Positions 1 to 9,192 of a DNA stretch of 64,000 bases are shown piece after piece. Made by a program: the position numbers and the translations under genes. The notes beneath the pieces are model-generated. The model saw only the letters and a program-made list of their open reading frames with translations. It made no database searches and was not told the origin of the DNA. How positions within the stretch are numbered: the first letter of the stretch is position 1; every line of letters begins with the position of its first letter. Source of the stretch: Oikopleura dioica (lineage: Eukaryota; Animalia; Chordata); contig OU015569.1 in the NCBI GenBank assembly GCA_907165135.1, forward strand, positions 3,844,001 through 3,908,000, given 5' to 3'.

Positions 1-103
1 AAAGCGCCACTCCCAATTTCAGCGCGCTCCAGCACGGGCTCTCGGCATTTCGGTAAATTCTCAAAAGAAACAAAACAAAGCTTTATCTCCCCCTCCATTT
101 CAG

Positions 104-656
104 AGTTGGTAATATTTCTAGTGACTCTGATCACGTGACAGATAGTGGCAAAGGCGAGTCGGAGCAAGAGTCCGCTTCTTACACGGACGCTCGCTTCTCG
201 CCCCACAATCTTGCTTCGCACAACGGCCACACTCTCAAATCAGTGCTCAGTAAAGCGCAGTATGGTCCTAGATGTGTCCGAGAGTGTGGAATATACGGCC
301 ACTCAGGTACTCGACCGGTCATCGTTGAACCCAACTAACTGTATGCTTCAGATACTTGCTGGCTAAGTACTATTACTTCTCAGGGCTTGAGTCAGCATTT
401 GCCTGATTTTATCTACATTTCACAGAGTCAGTTGACCCAAGGCCAGATGATCGAGAAGAACGGTTCATACAGAGACCTTTCCCGATTCGAAGTTGACCTG
501 ACACCAATTTACTCTCCTTCCGAGGCAGAGCCGGGAACAGAATGCAGACAAACGCCGCTTGGGACGGCTATTGATGCTCCCTACTCGCCTGAGAACATGC
601 AAAAAGTTAACCGCAAAATGCAGCGCAAAACCCCTTCCATTGAACATTACTGCTAA
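104..656 (+). CDS. 3' exons of a delta-protocadherin (cytoplasmic tail); gene begins upstream of the window
   Basis: Exon 104-306 encodes DSGKGESEQ and CVRECGIYGHS. Removing GT-AG intron 307-351 (45 nt) gives GHSDTCW, matching the CM1/CM2 motifs of delta-protocadherins (DSGxGxS; C..EC..xGHSDxCW). The frame stays open to TAA at 654-656. Confidence 0.8.
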
Positions 657-1245
657 TTTATATTGCACTCCACCTCATTCGCATTAGACCCTGAAATAAT
701 AAATCATATCTTCCTTCCACATTATCACCATTTACACACGGACAATAAAAAAGTTATTATAAAGTTCAATCGAAGAATTTTCACCTTTTTTGGATCCGAA
801 TTGTGCGACTTCCAAAGAGATTATCTATAAAAGCCCTTTTGAAATGGCACGAAAGATTATTCACATAGCTCGATCCTTTGCAAGTGCAACTGAGTTGAAA
901 GTTTCAACTTGAAACGGCTATCATCGCCGATCGCGATTATTCGAAGTCTTCGTCTTCGCCTATCCGCGAATGGATTTCATTGCGTTTCTTCTTTCGAAAT
1001 CTTCAAAACGAGCACATTTATTCACATCTTGGAATTGAGAAAACCAAAGAGAAAATTTGAAAAAACAGATTTTAATCTATCATAAAAATCAATCTAAAGT
1101 TAGTCTGTTTATCGGGGAATAATCTTTGCTCTTGAACTAGGGAAAACTCGACGGGTGATCGCTCTAACGCCCTCTTTCGGATGATCATACAGGGCTATAA
1201 ATTTTTCTTGAAATTCTTTGTGCTTCAAATCAATTTTTTGTAGCC

Positions 1246-2025
1246 ATGCCCCGTAAGAAATCAACCACAACTGCAACTCGCCGTAAGAAATCAACCACAA
1301 CTGCAATTCGCTGTGATGAAATTACGATGATTCCAGCGGATCTCAACAAAATCACCAAGAAACGTGAAGAGGTCAAAGAAAATAGAATACGACAATCCAT
1401 TCTAGCTAAACTACAATGTGATCTTTTTGACAGTAAAAAAGAGGTAAGCAATACAAATTTGAATTTTCTTCTAAATGTTTTCTAGGTCGGAGTCTTGAGG
1501 GAAGAAAACAGAAAGCTTCAAGCGGAAATGGAAGCGAAGGATCGAGAACGGGAGAAATCTACCAACGAATTGAAGGAGGCTGAGCACCTCGGTGAGGAGA
1601 ATCGACATCTTCGGATGGAGATTGAACAAAACAAGGGAGTTCTCTCCTCGGCCCAATCAGAGATTCAAAAACTGAAAGAATCCATCATCGACCTGCAGGA
1701 AGAAAATAAATTGAATAAAGACCAGATCAGAAACGAGCAAAAGAAGTCGTCGAAACTTCAGAGGGAAGTATTCCAATGGAAGGAGCGCTTCAATATTGCT
1801 GTCGACTCGAACCGACTTGGTAGTGATTTGGTTAGTACTTAATTTCCGAAAGCGCTCGAATTCTATTAAAATTTTTAGATTACAGGACAAAAAAATCGAA
1901 TCTACCAATTGAAAAAAGAAGCTGAGAAGAACAAACGTCAGATGTATATATTGAGAAATTATGTTACTGAACTGAAACGTAAAAATGATATTTTTCACAC
2001 TGCCAATAATCGCATTTACCAATAA
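1246..2025 (+). CDS. Small three-exon coiled-coil protein of unknown family
   Basis: Exons 1246-1443, 1486-1830 and 1879-2025 join in frame through GT-AG introns of 42 and 48 nt. The product is E/K/Q/L-rich and heptad-like; no family recognised. Confidence 0.7.
1252..1311 (+). repeat. 30-bp tandem duplication inside coding exon
   Basis: CGTAAGAAATCAACCACAACTGCAA(C/T)TCGC occurs twice, encoding RKKSTTTATR / RKKSTTTAIR. Confidence 0.9.
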
Positions 2026-2152
2026 AATTACAAAAGTGCCAAAAGTTTATTTGTTTGTTCTTATAAATTATAAGTTATAATAAAGAATTCAAATGGAGAG
2101 AAAAGTCACTTTACGATCTGACTCACCTAAATCCGTAAGTTTCCTTTCGAAA

Positions 2153-2979
2153 CTACTTTTTATCTTCGCCAAGAATTTTCTGAGCTCTTTTGTTAGCACT
2201 ATCGACTCTAAGCTCATTTTGTTCTGCCTTCGAATTGATTCTGTCAATTTGAGTATTTTGTGCCTCGATCGTATCGCCCATATCAAGAGCCATATTCTTT
2301 AATCCACTCAGCATCCCGGATACCTAAAAATGGGCTTAGGCCAATTTTTAGCTAGTCTAACCATATTCAGGTTCTGTTCCATCTCATCTTCCCGTTCATC
2401 TCCCACAACTTTGTTGATCATAGCCTTGTTTCCATGATTTGATGCTGTTTGACCGGGACGGCTGTTGTACTGGCTCGATGACGTTGGTTGCTCATTGACT
2501 ACCTCGTTTGAATTCTGAAGGAACATTTTTCAATCCTGAAATCATAGAAGAGAATCCGCACCTTGTTCCAGGTTGATGAGTATTTATCATTTGCCTCAAA
2601 GTCAACGGGTTTTTTGCACTGAAAGCATCCACAACATTTCTCGAGGGCAGTAAGATGTTTTTCGGCTTCCTTCATTTCATTATTGACATTGTCCATGCCC
2701 TCTTCAATCCTGTTGAGTTGCTCTCCCTGCTCATTTAGCATAATCATCGTATTTTGACCGGTCTCCTCAGTCTCGTACAAATTTTGCATCATTCTCCGAG
2801 TAGCATTTAAACTCTATTAAAGGATTGATCTGTCTCCGAATAAAGCTGCCCTTCGCGATTTTCCATGAAAATATATCTTTCCTTTCCTCGTCAACCATTG
2901 CATGTGCCTGGACGTTTCTCTGCGTTTCCTCATCAACTCCGAAATCGGGACCACTTCCGAAGTCCCCCTGTCCGCTCAT
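2153..2979 (-). CDS. SNAP25: SNAP-25 family t-SNARE (Qb+Qc SNARE motifs, Cys-rich linker)
   Basis: Spliced product has VDESLNATRRM...EQGEQLNRIEEGMD, the palmitoylation cluster EKCCGCFQC, and DEREDEMEQNL...LKNMALDMG...IDRI. Four exons; intron 1 (2814-2886) is GA-AG; stop TAG at 2153-2155. Confidence 0.92.
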
Positions 2980-3340
2980 TTTCTCTATTTTAATCTTATC
3001 CACACGAGAATGAGAATCAAGACCGACTTTTCTGTAAGACCTTTCCTGTTCACACTAGTGCGTTGTGCAAACTCGAGAAAATAAACTTGAGGAAATATAC
3101 TCTCATTTTGATTTTTACGAAGATAGAAGTTACTTTGCCTCGGTAAATTTGAAACCTTCTTTTTGCAAGACTATTGAGGTATGTGCTTTTAGTGAGAATT
3201 TCATCAGTTTATCCATCCAAACATCTAGCTTTGAGACGATTTGAATGAATACTAATAGAGTTCTTCGTTTGATAGTTTATTGATTTTTGACCGTTTCCAT
3301 TCAAAATTCAAACTGCACAAGATGGAAGTTTTGTGTACAT

Positions 3341-6300
3341 TTACTTTCTTCTGTTTTTCTTTCCCTTCTGAGCTCCTCTCTTCGCGCCTTTTACAATATT
3401 TTTCAAGCCAGGAACTGCGCCTCCACTGTGTTTTTTCCTATAAATTTCCTTCGTTTAAACTATCGAGGAATAAGTGGATCACCTCTTATTAAGCATATCT
3501 TTTCTAAGGGGAAGATACGAGTAGGGATCGTGTTTGTTCTTTCGTTTGACATCTCCCTTTGCTTTCTTCGACTGATAAACCTCTCCGCCTCCCATTGAAC
3601 TATCCTGTTCTCTCTTCTTCCCTTTAGTTCCTCGTTCGCTCATTTCGGACATCGCGATCTTACATCATAAACTCTCGTTTCGTAATTTAAGTTACCTTTT
3701 GATCGGACATTCGAATATTCTCAGGAAGGCCTTCTTCATCGTCGGAAGAGAGCATATCCATATCCTCCTTTTTATTCTTCTTTTCTCGTACAATAATTCG
3801 GCCATCAGGAGCAGAGCCGATTTCATCATCGCTATCGTTTGATTTTTCTTTGCGTTGTCCTAAATCAAAAATAGGCAACATGTCGACTTTGGTTAACTCA
3901 CTTTTACTCCTGACGTGGGCGGACGAGACCGCGGCGTGCGCAGCGGACAGATCTACGACTTCTCCGTCCTCAGTTTCCATCAGCTGATCGGTAAACTTCT
4001 TAGACTTGCTCTTTTTCTGCTTTGGCTCATCGTCATCGTCCTCTGAGTCTGTGTCGTTGATCAAATCATCAAGATTTTGGTCAGCGTCTCGGTATTCTTC
4101 GTCATCTGATTCCTCGTTTGCTTCTTGTTCTGCTCTTCGTCGCTCATTTCTTGCTCGGATTTTCTTAGCGTTCGCCAGCATTTTTGCTATATTGTAATTG
4201 GCAAGATTTATGGCTAATACTGAAATTTACCAAGAGGAGAGCCATCAGGAATAAATTTGACGACAATTTCGAAACCAAACTTCTTGATGAGTCTTTCGAG
4301 AAGTCGTCTGACTTTCACTCGGAATGGATTCCTCGTCTCTTTCTTCCAATTAACCACGGCAGTGACAATCTTCTCCACATGGACGGCTAGAGTGTCCTTG
4401 TCGAGAATTTTCGTCAGTGTGATCAAGAATGAGACGGTAGCCTGTCAAAGATCCTCAAACTAAACCTTTCGGACTGTTCTGAACTTGATTATGAGGGCCT
4501 TTCCTTAAGAATTTCTCTCGCATTGGAATCCATGAGGAGAAGAACATTGTCGAGAACCATCTCGTGAATTTCAGGGGGTATTTCTCGGCGGAACTCGTGT
4601 AGAGAAATATTGAGAACATTGAGTGTGCAGGCAACTGTCAACGGGTTGCCAGTCAAGCCTTAGATTGAGGATCAGAAATGAGTGCAGACTTGATTAGATT
4701 ACCTTGTAGTACAGTCTGCATGTACGGCAAAATGGCACCTTCTTCCCCACTGGCAACGTATCTGGCGGCTATCTTCGTAAGCACAGTATAGGCAAGAGCT
4801 CGAGTGATTGCGTTCTTGTCCTTTGTGCACAAAACAAGCTCAGAAATAAGAGCGTTGAGTGTGTCCATATCCAGCGCGGGAAGCATAATTTCGAGCAGCT
4901 GAATTCGAGGCTTTCGCGCGTTGGCTGCAACAGAACCGAGGGTCGACATGAATCCCTTGATAATAGCATCTTCATTCTCTAAATCATATTGTCAGTTACT
5001 GTTTCATATTGAGTTGAGAGCACCTTTCATGATCTTTTTGCAGATCTTATTGTTGGTCGAAGCAATTTGCTCGAGTACTCTCCACGCCTTTTTCTGGAGC
5101 AAAGCTGAATCGTTACGCGCCATCGCTAGCCCTTCCGCAAACGCGGTATTTACCATCTCCTCATGAAGCCACGGGGTAACTAGGATGGCGATATCCCAGT
5201 AGAGTGGTCGTAGGGACTCTTCGGGTTCGTTTTGCGCCTTATCTTGAGCCACTTTATAGTAGAACGCTAACTTTTCTTTGGGAGTGATCTTCACCCACTC
5301 TTTCGCCGCTGACATTGCGTTCGCAGAGAAATCCTAGAGGATTATAGTTTTACTATCTGAAATGAGTAAGTACCCTTGATCGATAAAGTTCCAACATCGT
5401 CTTCATATAATTAGCGCCGAATTTGCCCAGGTTGAGTCTGTACATCACCGGAACATTATCGTGGTAAATATTGTTCACAATCTTCCTCAAACCGCTGAGA
5501 ATAAACGGCTTGATTTGATGGTGATACTCGTCCGGACTCGTTAGAATACCATCAAGTCCCTATTCTGATTTGAAAAGTTTAGCTCTTTAGATAAAAATAA
5601 AATGACAAACAATAATTTTTCAAAATCAGTTCCTTGGCATTTGCAGGTTTCAAAAGATCGTGAGGACCGTCGCATGGTTTTTGACAGAATTCTGGGAAAA
5701 GGGCCCAAAGTTCTTTGTGCAGGGTGAAGTATGGAGCTGCTTGGAATTTGTCAAGCGCTCTTGCGGCGGTAATAATTTTGGTCGCTAGTGTAGCAATCTT
5801 CTTGAAGAAGGTGTCGAGATAAACGTTATGCCTGGAAAAGAGTGATTATGCAAGGTTAAACAAGGAGCGTTTACCTCAATTTTGATTCCAAAATCGGAAT
5901 TATCCATTTGTAGGGTAGCTCACCATCTGTTTCTGGATTTCCTGAAATGTCGATCGGGAGGGCGGTGAGGAACGCTTCTGGACCGATGCAGGAAAGAATC
6001 GATCCAGCACAATTATCGAGAGCGATCTTGTGGCTGAAGAGCGGATTCAATCTCAACTGGGCGAGGAGTTTGAGAGGAGACGCAAGGAACTCCAATACAG
6101 CCTTGTTACGTACTTCTCGCATATTCAAAGAGACGTAAAACGACGATAGCGCATCCAAAGTACAGTCCATCACGCTTGAATACTGGAATTGAAGGCCGTT
6201 AACGAGTTGTTTGAGAATCAAGTCTCCGGGAGCATTTTCTTTGAGGTCTAATTCTGTCAAATGTTTGGCGACTTCAGAAAGGATCTTCTGCATTGTTGAA

Positions 6301-7988
6301 CCGACGGCAGCTCCATTGTCTGGCTCATCAAGAAGAGTGTAGCAGTTCTCGATTGCGTTGGGCAAGTGAGAAATCGCCATTCGTGGGTTGTTCGATGTGG
6401 CGAGACAGAAACAGCACGAGAAGACGACTTCGAGCCAAGAGGAGCAAACAGATACGTCGCGCGAACAGGGCTTTACTTCCTTCAGCGCCGACAAAAGCTT
6501 CCCAATTAAATCTGTGGGGATGCCTTCGAGCTGCATCGATGTCAGCTTTGCTCGAAGCTGATCCACGTCTTCTGCGCCTTCTTCAATGCCGCCTAGGACG
6601 GCCTTCTGCGCTTGTCTTACAATGCCTCGCAGATACTCGTTGATTGTTCGCAGCGCTTGAACTCGCACCATTTGTGACTGAAGATTGAGCAGCTTCAAAC
6701 AGGCTTGGCACAGCTCTTTTTGCTGCTGCAGGGGAAACATGTAAATCGTTGCCCGGAAGAATGTCAACAACTGAAGCGTGTGCGTTTCTTTCTGCGCCTT
6801 CTGTAGTTCAGCAAGGGAGAAACGCGCGATCTCCTCGACGCAGGAGTGCGCGATGCCAGGAGTATGGATAAGAAGAGCGGCGCCTTTCTGAGCAGCCTTT
6901 CGCACTTTCGGCTTTGGGTGCAAGACGAACGCCAGCAGAGCCTGGAGAGCCGACTTATGAGTGGTTATCCAAGGTCAATAGTGGTACGATTTTAGAATTT
7001 ATTATTATTGAAAAGCGTTTTGATGGAATGATGATTTTATTTGAAGCAAAGAGGTTTGAAGAGCGACGAGTGTTAGTCTGTGTTAGGAGAGGCATCCCAC
7101 AGACGGCTTACTATCTTTTTCAATAAGCAATCCGTGGTTTACCTATCTAACAACAGCCTAGTAAAGCGCAGAAGACTTCCAGGAACTCTCTAAGAACGGA
7201 ATTTCGGCAAAATAAAGATGATGGTAACCAATGTTCCTTTGTATCTTGGTTACTCCACGATTCATACGTGGTTCCTCTTTTGAGAGTGGTGCCAAGACAA
7301 GAGACAAGGCTTTTCATAAGCGCGGTGGAATTGTATCCCTTCACCAACAGTGACATGAACATCTGGACGAGGGAGGAGAAGTTCTTGTTAATGACTCCTG
7401 GAGCAACTTTGCGCAGATTGAGGGAGAAGAGATGCGAGACTGCAGCAAGTGTCTCTTCCTCCGACACTTGCGTAAGTGTAGTCGATAAAACTGAGAAGTA
7501 GGCGGCCTCCGACTCGTCTTTCAAGCCTTTTCTCTAATAACCTCGGTGATCGCCGCCAATACCGCCACTACTTCTTTGTGTTTTTCGGGATTCTTCTCCC
7601 AGTGAGCCTTCACTCTGTTGAAGGTCATGTTCGTACAGTCAGTCACTCCGGAGACGAAGGTTCGGAAAGAAGCTCCGGAGATTTCAGACTTGAGGTCCAA
7701 CTCGTCAAGAAGATCGTCATCTTCTTCTCTAAATTGACAATGAGTAGAAATGATTTCAGATAAGAGCAGAGAATACCTTGGAACGGCCCCAGTCATTCTG
7801 TCAAGAATGCGAAGATTATCAGCCGTGAGGCCAGTCGCCCCGGAAGATCCATCCTGGAACTTCTTGAGACCCTTGCGAGCGAGTGCCGAGCTTCGGTGTT
7901 TCGTGGTGCCGGGATTGCTCTGCGAACTCGAGGACCATCGATTCACTTTTTTGGCAGCGCCCGATTTCAACTTCCCGGCTCTAACCAT
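3341..7988 (-). CDS. RRP12: RRP12-like ribosome biogenesis HEAT-repeat protein (about 11 exons; one apparent frameshift at ~7530)
   Basis: N-terminus MVRAGKLKSGAAKKVNRW..SNP, DCTNMTF..VLAAITEVIR, HPKPKVRKAAQ, QKKAWRVLEQI, KKFGFEIV and C-terminus KKAKGDVKRKNKHDPYSYLPL..KGAKRG all resemble RRP12/NUC173 family motifs. Confidence 0.9.
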
Positions 7989-8470
7989 TCTATTTCAGTT
8001 ACATTTAAATTAGTAAAAACATTATAGCAACTAATTGAAATCGAAAAAAATTAATAAGAAGAGAAAACTTTCGACCCGGATTGATGAAGTTAAGAGTAGA
8101 GTCGAAAACGCAGTAGTCTCTCTTATTACAGGAGTTGCTTTGAGTTGAACGAGTCTCTCTATCTTGGGCACGGTGGAGGGGCGTGAGTAATCGTCGATGA
8201 GTAAGGAGCAGCACTTACGGCCAATCAGCGACTACCTGCGCGCCACACGTGGAGTAGAAACGAAACCAAATTCTTCACCGAGAATTCAAACGTTAGATTT
8301 TTCGAATAGAGAAATTGAAGATTTTTCTCTCTATCATCAAATTCAAACTTATTTAGAGAAAAAAGCTTACTGAGAGAATTTAATGTGTCGTTTTTCTTCA
8401 TCACTATCCTTTGATTTCTAATGAAGAAATAAAAATCCAAATTTTATAAAATTCAGACCAGAATCGGATC
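7989..8470. promoter_or_regulatory. Probable bidirectional promoter between RRP12 and RPL27A
   Basis: Head-to-head ATGs about 480 nt apart. Central GC-richer patch has GGGGCGTG (8178-8185), CCAAT (8221-8225) and CACGTG (8246-8251). Motif function is inferred. Confidence 0.5.
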
Positions 8471-9053
8471 ATGGTGACTCGAAACAAGAAGACCAGAAAG
8501 ATGCGTGGCCACATCTCCCATGGCCAGGGTCGAATTGGCAAGCACCGAAAGGGTGGTGACCGAGGTGGTCGAGGTCTTGCTGGTGGTCAGCACCACCACC
8601 GAATCAACTTCGACAAGTACCATCCCGGTTACTTCGGTAAAGTCGGTATGCGACACTTCCATTTGTTGCGAAACCCCAAGTACTGCAAGTGAGTTTTGTT
8701 TTATCGGTTTTACCGCCCGCTGCGAGGATCCTTTCGTTTCCTTTGTCAGATCATTTCTTGATCGACCAGAGCAGTACAGGGCCTGTGAGTCGATAATCCC
8801 AATTTTATTTTCTTCATTTAGCTCGATCAACTTGGACAAGCTCTGGTCGTTGGTGCCTGAGGAGGAGCGCGTCGCTGCCGCCAAGAACACCGCCACTGCC
8901 CCAGTGATCGATGTCACCAAGCGAGGCTTCTTCAAGGTCCTCGGCAAGGGTCGACTCCCCAACCAGCCCGTCATCGTCAAGGCCCGATTCTTCTCTCGCT
9001 CCGCTGAGGACAAGATCAAGGCTGCCGGTGGTGTCTGCGTCGCTGTTGCGTAG
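8471..9053 (+). CDS. RPL27A: 60S ribosomal protein L27a (uL15)
   Basis: [20 protein letters not shown]...[24 protein letters not shown]; GT-AG intron 8689-8821; then INLDKLWSL...[30 protein letters not shown]. Confidence 0.97.
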
Positions 9054-9095
9054 ATATTTGGACCCTTCTTTTAAAAAACTTTCCCTCTTGTCAAG

Positions 9096-9179
9096 AATAA
9101 AATCGAGATAAAGGACGAACTTGCGTTTTTCTTTATTTATTTTGAGTATGCAGCGCATTGACCGTTGGTATCTTTTCAG
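9096..9179 (+). promoter_or_regulatory. Poly(A) signal followed by U-rich tract and candidate SL trans-splice acceptor
   Basis: AATAAA 9096-9101, T-rich tract ~9126-9143, unpaired TTTTCAG 9173-9179 lying 13 nt before the helicase ATG at 9193. Confidence 0.55.
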
Positions 9180-9192
9180 AGTTGCTTGCGTC

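Noticed and set aside
8453-9019. 188-aa minus-strand ORF antisense to RPL27A
   Set aside because: Shadow frame of a codon-biased ribosomal protein gene.
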